Shown one piece after another: positions 39,115 through 49,445 of a DNA stretch of 64,000 bases. The notes under the pieces are model-generated. The model was not told the origin of the DNA and searched no databases. It worked only from the letters and a program-made list of their open reading frames with translations. Source of the stretch: Candidatus Latescibacterota bacterium (lineage in GTDB: Bacteria; Latescibacterota; UBA2968; UBA8231); assembly GCA_965248265.1 (NCBI GenBank), contig CBDFJF010000001.1, forward strand, positions 2,368,001 through 2,432,000. Reading direction: 5' to 3'. Within the stretch, counting starts at the first letter, position 1. The number at the start of each line of letters is the position of its first letter. Made by a program: the position numbers and the translations under genes.

Positions 39115-40881
39115 ATGACCCGGTGGAAACTTAGTTGGCTAGGAGTGTCCCTTCTGTCGTTCCTCATCCTCTTCCCGTGCGCGGTCTCCGCCCAGGATCT
39201 GGAGGAACTGCTCGCGGAGAGCGAAGAAGAGGAGGAGGAACTGCGCAGTCGTCAGACCGAGGAAGTCATCGGCCCGGAAGAGGAGGGCCCCGGGGCGAGA
39301 ATTCGGTTGCCCAAGGGTGAGGAACGGGAACGCTTGCGCATCAGTCAGGACCGCCAGATCGATCCTGAGACCTATATCATCGGCCCGGGCGACCAGCTTC
39401 AGCTCTATATCTGGGGCGAATTCGATCAGGCAGTTCCCTTCGAGGTCAATCCCGAGGGTTTCGCGCTAGTTCCGACTATTGGATCGTTTCACGTCGCCAA
39501 CCAGTCACTCGCTGACATCAGGCACAAGATCATCACTGCTGCGCAGCGCGACCAGTATCCTGGGGTCGAGATAACCCTGACACTGATCAGCATGAGGTTC
39601 TTCACCGTCTACCTCACTGGAGCGGTGGCCACCGAAGGGGGCCATGTCGTGCACCCGATGACAAGGGTGTCGGATCTGATCGAATTCGGTGGTGGTTTCA
39701 GCGACGACCTGCGCGGAACGATCGAAGAGACCCTCGGCGGTCGAAAGATCACGCGCGCGCATCGTGGCCAATCCCAACCCACCGCGCGCAGAGCCGTCCG
39801 AATCATCCACGAGGACGGCACGACGGAAGTCATCGACTTGCAGATGTTCAACTATACGGGTGAGCTGAAGCACAATCCCTACGTTCGCATGGGGGATCGG
39901 GTTCATGTGCCGTATCGCATCGAATCCGTCTACATCTATGGTGCCGTGAATGAAGAGGGTGCCAAAGAATACAGAAGGGGCGATACCGTCAGCGATCTGG
40001 TGATTCTGGCAGCGGGACAGAACGGGACCATACCCCTCGACCACGCTGAACTGTGGAGATTTGAGGGAGACGGCAAGACGACACTGGTGATCCCATTGCT
40101 GCAGCCTCAAGAGCCGGGATCGGAGAAGTACTACATGATAGACGATCTCCACGACATCCCCCTCGAACCGGATGACATGGTCTTTCTGCGGACTCGCTCA
40201 GAGTGGAACATGTCCCCGAACGTGTCGATCCACGGCGAGATCAAGTACCGGGGCCGCTACCGCATCTATCGGGGCGAAACCCGCCTCCTCGACATCATAG
40301 AGCTGGCGGGAGGACTCGCAGAACGAGCCTCGCTCAAGGATGCCAAGGTCATCCGCGTCAAGCTCCGAGGGCTGGCGGACCCCGAACTCCAACGTCTATA
40401 CCAACTGCAACGCACCGGCGGTAGCTTGAACCCGGAGGAAAGGGCCTACCTGAAGACCAAGGCACGCTCGGAGCGCGGGCGTATCGCTCTTGATTTCGAC
40501 AGGCTCATGGAAGGCGACGAATCGCAGAACATCGTGCTGGAGGGAGGCGACGCCATCCTCATACCCGAGAGGCGGCTGACCGTAAACGTGAGCGGACAAT
40601 TCAACAAACCGGGTCTGATTGACTACGAAGAGGGTCGCACGGCGGGATTCTACCTGGAACAGGCAGGTGGGTACTCATTCCGAGCCAATAAAGGATTGGG
40701 ACGCTTGATCAGCGCCCGCACCGGGCAGAGGGAAGACCTGGACATGGACCGGGTCGTCGAGCCCGGTGACGAAATCTGGGTGCCGGAGAATGAATACCGG
40801 GATTGGTGGAGGCTTACTCGGGAGACGATGACCGTCATCGCCCAGACCCTCACGCTGGTAGTTCTTGTCAGGGCCTTCTAG
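39115..40881 (+). CDS. Polysaccharide export protein with SLBB repeats (Wza/KpsD-like)
   Basis: Signal peptide; YIIGPGDQL; repeated V.G.V..G...LAGG SLBB units. Confidence 0.85.
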   Translation: MTRWKLSWLGVSLLSFLILFPCAVSAQDLEELLAESEEEEEELRSRQTEEVIGPEEEGPGARIRLPKGEERERLRISQDRQIDPETYIIGPGDQLQLYIWGEFDQAVPFEVNPEGFALVPTIGSFHVANQSLADIRHKIITAAQRDQYPGVEITLTLISMRFFTVYLTGAVATEGGHVVHPMTRVSDLIEFGGGFSDDLRGTIEETLGGRKITRAHRGQSQPTARRAVRIIHEDGTTEVIDLQMFNYTGELKHNPYVRMGDRVHVPYRIESVYIYGAVNEEGAKEYRRGDTVSDLVILAAGQNGTIPLDHAELWRFEGDGKTTLVIPLLQPQEPGSEKYYMIDDLHDIPLEPDDMVFLRTRSEWNMSPNVSIHGEIKYRGRYRIYRGETRLLDIIELAGGLAERASLKDAKVIRVKLRGLADPELQRLYQLQRTGGSLNPEERAYLKTKARSERGRIALDFDRLMEGDESQNIVLEGGDAILIPERRLTVNVSGQFNKPGLIDYEEGRTAGFYLEQAGGYSFRANKGLGRLISARTGQREDLDMDRVVEPGDEIWVPENEYRDWWRLTRETMTVIAQTLTLVVLVRAF

Positions 40882-40895
40882 GGAGTTTTCTCAAT

Positions 40896-42083
40896 ATGAA
40901 CGAACCCAAAATCGACGTTCTGGATCTGATAGCCGCGCTCAATGCGGGGAAGCGACGGATCATCGGCGGTACCTTGATCGTCTGTCTGTTGGCTGCTGTG
41001 GTCACCCTGTTCCTGCCAAACGAATACGAAGCGACTGTCCAATTGTTGCCGCCCAAGGATCAAAAGAAAGGATTCGGCTTCGCTGATCTTTTGGCGGATC
41101 TGCCGATTCCGTCGCTGAAGCTCGGCGAAAAAGGGACGCCGGCGGACATTTTCATCGCCATCCTCAAGAGCCCAACCCTGCGGCGCCGCATGGTTAGGCA
41201 GTTCGACCTGATGGAGGCGTATGAAGCGGAATTGATGACGGACGCCATCGATGTCCTCGAATCGAAAACGGATATAGGCAAGAGCGAAGAGGGTACCATC
41301 CTGATCTCCGTATTCGACCAGGATCCCGAGAAGTCGGCGACGATGGCCAATCGCTATGTGATCATGTTGGACAGTACCAACCAGGAGCTGTCGCGCTCGA
41401 CCGCCAGGGAGCGACTGGGGTTCATCGAATTGCTCGAGGACAATGAAGGCATCAAACTCGATTCTGCCATGGTGCGGTTGCAGCGGTTTCAGGAAGACCA
41501 CAACGCCATCTCGATCACGGAGCAGGCGCGAGCAGTGATTCGCGCTTCCGCGGAAATGCAGATGGCGGCGATGGAGCTGGAGATCGAGAAAGAGGGCCTG
41601 TTGCGCTCCGGGTTCTCGCCCAGACACCCGGAAGTCCTGCGCCTGGAGCAGGAGAGTGTTATGCGTCAGGAGGGACTCAAGTACCTTCGAGATGGCGAGC
41701 GTCGAGTGGATGGCGTTACTCCCTTGCTGCATCTTGAGGAAAACCTGTTCCTGCCCCTGCGGCAGATCCCGAAAACGGCGCAGCAGTACGCCCACATCGA
41801 GAAGGACGTCATCGTTCAGAGCGCCCTGATGAAGCTATTGCTGGAGCAGAAGGCGGAAGCGTTGATCGAGCAGGAAAACATAGTCAGCACGATTCAGGTG
41901 CTGGACATAGCCATCGTCCCCGAGAAGAAAGCACGACCCCGGCGACTGCTCATCGTCTTCATCGCTGCCGTGTTCAGCGCCTTCGCCACCACGTTCTACG
42001 TCCTGGCTGCCACCTACGTGCGCGAACTGAGCAACCGCTGGCACACCGAGCACGGCGCGAACCGGGAAATGACCTCCACGTGA
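40896..42083 (+). CDS. Polysaccharide chain-length determinant (Wzz/GumC-like)
   Basis: Two terminal TM helices flanking a coiled coil; VLDIAIVPEKKARPRRLLIV. Confidence 0.85.
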   Translation: MNEPKIDVLDLIAALNAGKRRIIGGTLIVCLLAAVVTLFLPNEYEATVQLLPPKDQKKGFGFADLLADLPIPSLKLGEKGTPADIFIAILKSPTLRRRMVRQFDLMEAYEAELMTDAIDVLESKTDIGKSEEGTILISVFDQDPEKSATMANRYVIMLDSTNQELSRSTARERLGFIELLEDNEGIKLDSAMVRLQRFQEDHNAISITEQARAVIRASAEMQMAAMELEIEKEGLLRSGFSPRHPEVLRLEQESVMRQEGLKYLRDGERRVDGVTPLLHLEENLFLPLRQIPKTAQQYAHIEKDVIVQSALMKLLLEQKAEALIEQENIVSTIQVLDIAIVPEKKARPRRLLIVFIAAVFSAFATTFYVLAATYVRELSNRWHTEHGANREMTST

Positions 42084-42532
42084 GCGACACGCCCGAAATC
42101 ACGGTTCGGGTGATCCGTGAAGGCTCCAATGCGCTGCCCCAGCATGAGACCGCACACAGCGCCGGCATGGACTTGCGAGCACACCTCGATGAAGCGCTGA
42201 CCCTCAATCCGGGAGAGCGTGCTCTGGTGCCCACTGGAATGCGGATGGAAATACCGCCTGGTTACGAAGGCCAGGTGCGTCCGCGCAGCGGCCTGGCACT
42301 CAAGCAGGGCCTCACTGTCCTGAACGCGCCCGGCACCATCGACGCCGACTATCGCGGAGACGTGGGAGTCATCCTCATCAACACCTCAGCGACGACGCAG
42401 ACGTTGGAACCGGGGGACCGCATAGCCCAGATCATTTTCGCTCCGGTCACCCGGGCTCAACTCGTCGAAGTTGAAGAACTCGCGGACTCGGCACGCAGCA
42501 GTGGTGGTTTCGGCTCGACGGGACAACGCTGA
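42080..42532 (+). CDS. dut: dUTP diphosphatase
   Basis: SAGMDL, RPRSGLA, GTIDADYRG, DRIAQ, GGFGSTG. Confidence 0.96.
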   Translation: MSDTPEITVRVIREGSNALPQHETAHSAGMDLRAHLDEALTLNPGERALVPTGMRMEIPPGYEGQVRPRSGLALKQGLTVLNAPGTIDADYRGDVGVILINTSATTQTLEPGDRIAQIIFAPVTRAQLVEVEELADSARSSGGFGSTGQR

Positions 42533-42542
42533 GTCACATCCC

Positions 42543-43199
42543 TCATTCGCTGGTGGCCTTGCTGGCGATCTGATCGAGCGGGTTGACGACACTTGAAGCC
42601 ACATTCGACAGATGAGCGCTCACCCGCCGCAGGAACCGGACGGCGAGCGGAAACAGCGGTGTCATCTGGCCCTTCTGAATGGCCTCCGAGGCGCTAGCGG
42701 TAAGTTCATCGACTCGAGTCTTAACCTGTTCGTGCACGGCCATCACTTCCCTGGCCAGTCCTGCGTCACTTTCCACAAAAGCTGTGCAGGTCTTGGCGAA
42801 AAGCGGGCTGATCATCTCCCGCAACGAGCAAAACCCTTCCGTGTCAGCACCGCCTTCCTGTAAGACCATTCCCGAACCGCGCAGCTCAAGCAGGCTCTTG
42901 GCGTAGTCTCCGATACGCTCCATGTCGTAGATGACCGTAATCAGAGCGAGACTGGCCGGCAGATCCTGTTGCGGATTGAGCGTCAGGTGCTGGAAGATCA
43001 TACGGCGCACGAGCCGTTCGCTGGCGTTGATGTCACGATCGCTGCGAGCCACATCCAATTGAGGTGGCTCGTCCTTCACCAGTGACTCGCAGGATGCGGC
43101 GACCATGCGCTCCCCTTCCTCCATCATCTTGAGCGCCTCTTGCAGCGCGTCGTATAACAGGCTTGTCCGTTTGTTCGTATCGATAATTTCCTTGAACAC
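42543..43199 (-). CDS. PhoU-domain phosphate uptake regulator
   Basis: DRDINASER and DMERIGDYAK PhoU repeat motifs; adjacent to the Na/Pi symporter. Confidence 0.82.
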   Translation of the reverse strand: MFKEIIDTNKRTSLLYDALQEALKMMEEGERMVAASCESLVKDEPPQLDVARSDRDINASERLVRRMIFQHLTLNPQQDLPASLALITVIYDMERIGDYAKSLLELRGSGMVLQEGGADTEGFCSLREMISPLFAKTCTAFVESDAGLAREVMAVHEQVKTRVDELTASASEAIQKGQMTPLFPLAVRFLRRVSAHLSNVASSVVNPLDQIASKATSE

Positions 43200-43203
43200 G
43201 GCG

Positions 43204-44298
43204 TTATCTCCAGAAGTAGATCAGGGTCAGGGGCAGGGCGTAGAACACGAGGCCAACATACACGAAGGCGTATACCCGCGAACGACTCGTGAGCTCGGCC
43301 AGACCACGTGCCAGCCGTATCGGGATCCGCCGAATCGGGGCAAATGGATAGACGAAGGCAATCCCGGCGAGGTTGAAAAACAAGTGGGCAAAGGCGACGG
43401 TGATGGCGGCGATGTTACCCGTGGCCAGCGATGCGAGCATGGCAGTGACGGTGGTACCGATGTTGGCCCCAAGCGTGAAAGGGAACACCTGCTCCAGGGT
43501 CAGGATGCCCGCCCCGACCAATGGTATGATCAAGGACGTAGTGATGGAACTGCTCTGCACCAACACCGTCATCACCACCCCGAAGGCCATGGCAACCATC
43601 GGCGCGCCGAACAGATAGCGATTGAGGAACCGACCTGAGCGCTGGATGACAATACCCTTGGCCAGGTCGACGAGGAACTTCAGCGACAGGTACATGAGGA
43701 CGATTGCCACGATCAGACACAAAATCGCGTTCTCGCCCAACCCGCTCTTGATCAGTCCGACAGCTGGCTTGACGATGGCTTTGAGCGGACTCGACAACTT
43801 CATCCCGCCGAAACCGACGAAGGCATCGGCGGCAGCCGTTGCAAACAACCGCAAATACCCGTAGGCGATTTCCAGCGGCAGCAACACGACCACCGCCAGC
43901 AGATTGAAGAAATCGTGCACCGTGGCCCCGGCCAGAGCACGCTTGAACTCCACCTTCCTGGTGATGTGCCCCATTGAGACCAGGGTGTTGGTGACACTGG
44001 TCCCGATATTGGCCCCCATGATGACGGGAATGGCCGTTTCGATCGTCAGCGCGCCAGCTGCGACCATGCCCACGACGATGGATGTCGTCGTCGAGGAGCT
44101 CTGTACCAATGTGGTGGCGAGAGTCCCGGCGAAGAGACCGACGAGGGGATTGGCCGTTGTCTGGATGACCTGCTGGGCGAAGTCCTTGCCAAAGAGCTTG
44201 AAGGCCGCACCGAGTAGACCGATGCTGACGAGAAAGACATAGAGGACGAGTGCCAGCAAGGCGACCTGGGCGCATATGACCCATGTTTCTTTTTTCAT
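43204..44298 (-). CDS. Na+/phosphate symporter (NptA/SLC34 family)
   Basis: Two QSSS motifs, two GANIGT motifs, ATVHDFFN. Confidence 0.93.
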   Translation of the reverse strand: MKKETWVICAQVALLALVLYVFLVSIGLLGAAFKLFGKDFAQQVIQTTANPLVGLFAGTLATTLVQSSSTTTSIVVGMVAAGALTIETAIPVIMGANIGTSVTNTLVSMGHITRKVEFKRALAGATVHDFFNLLAVVVLLPLEIAYGYLRLFATAAADAFVGFGGMKLSSPLKAIVKPAVGLIKSGLGENAILCLIVAIVLMYLSLKFLVDLAKGIVIQRSGRFLNRYLFGAPMVAMAFGVVMTVLVQSSSITTSLIIPLVGAGILTLEQVFPFTLGANIGTTVTAMLASLATGNIAAITVAFAHLFFNLAGIAFVYPFAPIRRIPIRLARGLAELTSRSRVYAFVYVGLVFYALPLTLIYFWR

Positions 44299-44473
44299 GA
44301 CCGCTGGTCCATCGCCTGCACCAACTCAGATAGGTTACCCCGCACTGTCACCTCCAAATAGCGGACTGCAAGATTGTTTCGCATATCCGTGAAAGCGAGA
44401 GCCTCCCAGTCCGCCGCACGATGCGTAGAGCTACTCTAGCGCAAATCTAATCCATGTCCAAGGTCGCCGAAAA

Positions 44474-46213
44474 TCAACTGAGTCCCACCACCAGGCCATC
44501 GTCGTCGAGATCGACTTTCATGAAGCCTGGCAACGAAGGCAACCCCGGCATCGTGAAAATCTCACCGCAGAGTGCATAGAGGAAGCCAGCTCCTGCTGAC
44601 AAACGCAGGTCACGTACTGGCATGGTGAATCCCTTGGGGACTCCTCGCAGTTCCGGGTCGTGAGACAGCGACAGATGCGTCTTTGCCATGATCAACGGTA
44701 GACCGGCATAACCCAATCGCGTGTAGTGTTCAACTCGTTCCTGGGCCAGCGGACTGAGCTCGACATCGGAAGCGCCGTAGATGCGTGTAGCAATCGTGGT
44801 GATCTTGTCAGTAATTGAGTCTTCCAGAGGGTAGAGAAATTGAAAGTTGTGGGCCGTGCTCTCGCACGCCGTGGTTACGGCCTCCGCCAGCTCCCTGCCG
44901 CCCTCTCCGCCTTGATCCCACATCTGGCATGAGCAGGCAGTCACCGCACCCGCCTCGGTAGCCCCTTCCACGACAATCGCGATTTCCTCATCCGTGTCTC
45001 CGGTAAATCGGTTGACGGCAACGACGGCTGGTAAACCGAATTGACGGACGATACCTATGTGGGCTTGCAGGTTGCCCAAGCCGTTGCGCAGATGCTTCAT
45101 GCCCTCAGACACATCCACGGCCGCGGCTTTCTTGCCGCCAGGTAAGGGACCGCCACCGTGAACTTTCAGCGCCCTTACCGTGGCGACGATGACGACGCAG
45201 TCAGGTTGGAGTCCCGAGTAGCGGCACTTCACATCACAGAATTTCTCAAAACCGCAATCGGAGCCGAAGCCGGACTCCGTCACCAGATAGCCGTCGTCAC
45301 CGAGCAAACTCAGACCGATCTTGTCGGCGACAATGGAGCTGTTTCCATGCGCGATATTGGCGAAGGGGCCTGCATGCACGAGTGCTGGGCCGCCTTCGAG
45401 AGTCTGCATGAGATTGGGCATCAGGGCATCCTTGAGCAGAACGGCCATTGCCCCGGCAGCCCCCAGTTCATCTGCTGTGACTGGCTCACCGGAACGGCTC
45501 AATCCGACCACGATTCGTCCCAGTCGTTGCCGCAGATCTTTGAGGTCGGTGGCCAGAGCGAAAATAGCCATTACCTCCGAGGCCGCCGTGATATCAAAAC
45601 AGCTGTTGCGAGTCACTCCGTCTTTGCCGTTGCTGACGACGATGTCCCGCAGCGCACGATCGTTCATATCAACCACCCGACCCCAGGTGATGTTATCCGG
45701 ATCGAGATCGAGACGCTTCAGTCCCTGCCTCCCCAGCCGTTTGTCGCTGGACCGTTCTTCGTGATACAGTCTGGCATCGACGGCGGCGGCCAGGAGATTG
45801 TGTGCGGCGCTGACCGCGTGAAGATCACCGGTCAGATGCAGGTTCAAATCGTCCATCGGCACGACCTGCGAATACCCACCACCGGCCCCACCTCCCTTGA
45901 TCCCGAAGGTCGGACCGAGAGACGGTTGACGGATTGCAGCGATCGAGCTCTTGCCGATCACACGCAACGCCTGGCTCAACCCAATCGTGGTGAGTGTCTT
46001 GCCTTCGCCCAACCTAGTGGGGGTGACAGCGGTGACGACGACATACTTCGACCCGTCGGCCCTTGGACCACTCGCCGCGGAGGCATCGAGATGGATTTTG
46101 GCCTTCGTCTGCCCGTACAGATCGAGATCCGTCGAAGACAACCCCATGTCGCTGGCGACCTCTACAATCGGTCTGAGCTTTGCTCCTCTTGATATTTCCA
46201 GATCGGGCTTCAC
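44474..46213 (-). CDS. fhs: Formate--tetrahydrofolate ligase
   Basis: TPTRLGEGKT, RQPSLGP.FGIKGG, NLHLTGD, HAGPFANIAHG, MAKTHLSLS, MPGL; GTG start at 46213. Confidence 0.95.
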   Translation of the reverse strand: MKPDLEISRGAKLRPIVEVASDMGLSSTDLDLYGQTKAKIHLDASAASGPRADGSKYVVVTAVTPTRLGEGKTLTTIGLSQALRVIGKSSIAAIRQPSLGPTFGIKGGGAGGGYSQVVPMDDLNLHLTGDLHAVSAAHNLLAAAVDARLYHEERSSDKRLGRQGLKRLDLDPDNITWGRVVDMNDRALRDIVVSNGKDGVTRNSCFDITAASEVMAIFALATDLKDLRQRLGRIVVGLSRSGEPVTADELGAAGAMAVLLKDALMPNLMQTLEGGPALVHAGPFANIAHGNSSIVADKIGLSLLGDDGYLVTESGFGSDCGFEKFCDVKCRYSGLQPDCVVIVATVRALKVHGGGPLPGGKKAAAVDVSEGMKHLRNGLGNLQAHIGIVRQFGLPAVVAVNRFTGDTDEEIAIVVEGATEAGAVTACSCQMWDQGGEGGRELAEAVTTACESTAHNFQFLYPLEDSITDKITTIATRIYGASDVELSPLAQERVEHYTRLGYAGLPLIMAKTHLSLSHDPELRGVPKGFTMPVRDLRLSAGAGFLYALCGEIFTMPGLPSLPGFMKVDLDDDGLVVGLS

Positions 46214-46538
46214 TGGCGTATTAACCTCATTCTCGAATAGCTGTCGGCTATGATTATGGCCGCGTCCAACCCGCCACGAGCCGGATCGAAGATGGAAACT
46301 CGAGTCTCGTTCGCGTGGGGACAATTGCGGTGCCCACTTTTGCAACCTGGTCGGGAAAGGCGCACTTGATTTCATCACGGAGATGAGCACGCCAAGGGCT
46401 GGTGATCGAAAGTGCTCCACATGGTCGCCAGAGCGTTTTATATGTTAATGTCCGAATTCAGATCCCGCCAATTTTTGACCGAAGCGGATCTAGTTCGCCA
46501 GGATCCAGCGATCCACCCACATCCGAGAGGAGCTCACG

Positions 46539-46871
46539 ATGAAGGACCCTGCTGAAAAACCACCTACCATGTACCGCAAGTTTATCGAGCGTTTTCCGAG
46601 GCTCGGCGACGCCTGGAATTGTATCGCCGAAGCTGGCGAGGATGGTCCCATTGATGAGCGCACCCGTCGCCTCATAAAGCTGGGCGTTGCCGTTGGAGCC
46701 CTGCGCGAAGGCGCCGTCCATTCCAGTGTGCGCAAAGCCCTGGGCATGGGCGTTTCTCAACAAGAAATCGAGCAGGTCGTGGCCCTTAGCGCGGGAACCC
46801 TGGGGTTGCCATCAACGGTAGCCGCTTATTGCTGGGTGCTGGATATCACCGAAGCTGAAGAAGGTGAATAG
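46539..46871 (+). CDS. Carboxymuconolactone decarboxylase (CMD) family protein
   Basis: GPIDERTRRLIKLGVAVG...VHSSVRKAL...GLP pattern; SD GAGGAG. Confidence 0.8.
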   Translation: MKDPAEKPPTMYRKFIERFPRLGDAWNCIAEAGEDGPIDERTRRLIKLGVAVGALREGAVHSSVRKALGMGVSQQEIEQVVALSAGTLGLPSTVAAYCWVLDITEAEEGE

Positions 46872-47012
46872 CGGGACAGCCACAGCACACCAAGTCGCCT
46901 ATTGCTGGTGCTGGCTGGCTATCGCAATTACTTCGATCTGGGAAGACCCTGACCACCGCTCATCGGGAGGACTTGGTTCGCATCTGGTCAGATGCTAAGC
47001 GCTGGGTCTCGA

Positions 47013-47999
47013 CTACAGCGGCAACTCCGTACCGATCCCTGCCTTTAACGCCCGTCGGTAGATCTCTATCGCTGTGGCGATGTCCTCGAGTGCAATCCCG
47101 AGGTTGATACAGATAGTCCGCTCGGCTTCACTCTCACGCCCCGGCTTGGTGCCGGCGACGATCTCGCCGAGGTCGGCGTATGGATCGGGCGTGTCGCCGA
47201 AATACCCAGCCTGACGGTAGTACCCCATTTGTTCGACGTCGTCGGTCGCCAGCTTGTCAGCCTGACGCAGGGCGCTGCCCTGCCAGTACGAGTCAAAGTC
47301 GACAGGACAGGCGAAGGCACCAGGCTCCAGCCAATCGGCCTCGATGACGGGTGAAGGGTTTTTTAAGATTGGCCCGCTGGTGACGACGAGGTCCATGCTG
47401 GCGACGGCGTCGCGCGGGTGTGATACCACATCGATCTCCAGCTCCAGTGCAACAGACATGTCTCGGGCGAAACGCTCGGCGATGGGTGTTTGCAGATCGA
47501 ACACCGCTGCCCGCTCGAGCTCGAATTCACATGCCAGGGCCTGCAGATTGCTTCGGCCCTGTACACCACAGGCGATGATGCCGACGCGGGCGCTGTCACG
47601 GCGTGCCAGATAGCGCGCCGCCAGTGCGGTGGCCGCGCCCGTGCGCTGAGCCGTGATCCAGGTAGCGTCCATGACGGCGAGAGGTATGCCGGTCTCCGGA
47701 TCGTTGAGGATCAGCAGACCGGTGATATAAGGCAGGCCCTTTTGCTGATTGCCAGGGTAGCCCGAGATCCACTTGATACCCGCCGCTTCGAGAGCGGGAA
47801 TGTAGGCCGGCATGGCATGGATGAAGGCGTCCTCTCGGGTGTGGATGCCCGGTTTCGGTGGCATCTCCACGCGGCCGGTTCCCTTGTCGACGAACATGCG
47901 CTGGAGGGCTTCTATGACAGCAGTCATCGGCAAACCAACCGCCTCGACATCCTGGCGGGACAGATAGATCAATCTGGTGGGGTCTAGAGGCGTATCCAA
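47013..47999 (-). CDS. Ornithine cyclodeaminase/mu-crystallin family protein
   Basis: EMPPKPG, AMPAY, GIKWIS, MDATWITAQRTGA, GIALEDI; start placed at TTG 47999. Confidence 0.88.
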   Translation of the reverse strand: MDTPLDPTRLIYLSRQDVEAVGLPMTAVIEALQRMFVDKGTGRVEMPPKPGIHTREDAFIHAMPAYIPALEAAGIKWISGYPGNQQKGLPYITGLLILNDPETGIPLAVMDATWITAQRTGAATALAARYLARRDSARVGIIACGVQGRSNLQALACEFELERAAVFDLQTPIAERFARDMSVALELEIDVVSHPRDAVASMDLVVTSGPILKNPSPVIEADWLEPGAFACPVDFDSYWQGSALRQADKLATDDVEQMGYYRQAGYFGDTPDPYADLGEIVAGTKPGRESEAERTICINLGIALEDIATAIEIYRRALKAGIGTELPL

Positions 48000-48006
48000 T
48001 GCCGAG

Positions 48007-49281
48007 CTAGTCCCACTTCTCGCGGACGCGGCGGCCGAACTCAACCTCGAAGGCCTCGTTGGTCTCATAGGCGAAACCGAACGTCGAATGCCACAAGTGG
48101 GCTTGCTCCATGCACAAGTAGAAGAATACGCTGTCATGCCCGCTGTCATGCCCGCTGTCTTGCCATTGTTCGAAGGATTCGTACATGAGCCCGAACATTT
48201 CCGCCTTGAGTTCGTCGGGATAAGACAGCTTGCCCTTGGCGCCGGGCACCATTTCCATCTGCAGCATCTTCGTGGCCGTGGCGCGTTGGCGTATCGCTTT
48301 CATGACCGGCTTAATGAAGGTGACCGAACCGAACGAGACAAAGAGGACTTCGGAGGGACCGAACTGCTCCGTGACCTGGTGCGCAAGCTCGGCGTAGTCG
48401 TCACGCCAGCAATCGTAGTGCACGATCGGATGAAAGTGGAAGGCCACCTTGATTCCGCGATCGGCAACCTGCCGCGCCGCGGCCAAACGCTGCGGCAGGT
48501 CGGCCGAAAAGTGCTCTTCATTGTGGATGATGGTCGGTGTGTTCAGGGACCAGCTGAGGACCACGTTTCGCGGCGTCCGGTGCTTGAGGAAGTAGGCGAC
48601 GTTCTTCGACTTGGACTTGAACTCCAATAGGACGTTTTCGTGCGCCCTCGCGAAGTCACACAAGTCGTCGAGCATGCCGTTCTGGTTCCCCCACATCAGC
48701 GCATCCGAGGACTGGCCCGTACCGATGTGGTAGAAGCGGTCCTCCTCCAGCTCGATGGCCTGCAACTTCTCTTTCAGGTTGGCGTCGAAGACGACCTGGT
48801 CGCCGTAGAAGGTCTGGACCGCACAGTAGCTGCAACCCATACCGCAGTTCTCAACGGCGTCGATAGTGCGCAGGTTGCAACAAACGGTTTCCTCCGAGGC
48901 CACAGGACACATCCCGATGATACTCTTGTCTGACTCCTTCGTCACCCGGTGCAGTTTTTGTTTGGCACGTCTGGGCAAGCCTTCGGGAGAGAACGTCTTC
49001 GGTCGTGACCGCAGCGTCGACATGTGCGCTTGCAGTCGCTGGAACAACTGCTTCTTACGGGTTCGCGCGTCGGCGGTAGGAGTAGTGGCGGCCTCTGCGT
49101 CCACCCACCACTGTGACAGCGCGCCCTCGTCCCACATCGTCAGATCCAGTGCTGCTTCGTTGAGCTGACGCAGTTCCTGATGAGTGAGACGGTATCGCTG
49201 CGCGATCTCCTCAACGAAATCGTGCTCGACGCGGGGGATGCGTACCGTCACGGTGGGGTTACTTTGTACGATTGAGGTCAT
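48007..49281 (-). CDS. Spore photoproduct lyase-like radical SAM protein
   Basis: CGMGCSYC, LLEFKSKS, SWSLN, FHFHPIV, YLCME. Confidence 0.8.
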   Translation of the reverse strand: MTSIVQSNPTVTVRIPRVEHDFVEEIAQRYRLTHQELRQLNEAALDLTMWDEGALSQWWVDAEAATTPTADARTRKKQLFQRLQAHMSTLRSRPKTFSPEGLPRRAKQKLHRVTKESDKSIIGMCPVASEETVCCNLRTIDAVENCGMGCSYCAVQTFYGDQVVFDANLKEKLQAIELEEDRFYHIGTGQSSDALMWGNQNGMLDDLCDFARAHENVLLEFKSKSKNVAYFLKHRTPRNVVLSWSLNTPTIIHNEEHFSADLPQRLAAARQVADRGIKVAFHFHPIVHYDCWRDDYAELAHQVTEQFGPSEVLFVSFGSVTFIKPVMKAIRQRATATKMLQMEMVPGAKGKLSYPDELKAEMFGLMYESFEQWQDSGHDSGHDSVFFYLCMEQAHLWHSTFGFAYETNEAFEVEFGRRVREKWD

Positions 49282-49445
49282 GCTGAATCTGCGGCGCGAG
49301 CGCCAATAGGAGTGTGTGCAAGTTGCCCGGGATGTGACTGCGTCAGGCAATATACTCACGGCTGGCGATCAGGAGTAGATACCGTAGCGTTCCAGTAGCT
49401 CTGTCGCCCGGTCTGACCGTGAGCCAGCAATCTCAGCCGAATCGG

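Noticed and set aside
46220-46450. ZTP (pfl) or THF riboswitch upstream of fhs
   Set aside because: CTGGCGA...GTGG resembles the ZTP 5-prime part, but the CCAC-GGGGAGC and GCCTGGG elements are missing, and I found no THF consensus by eye.
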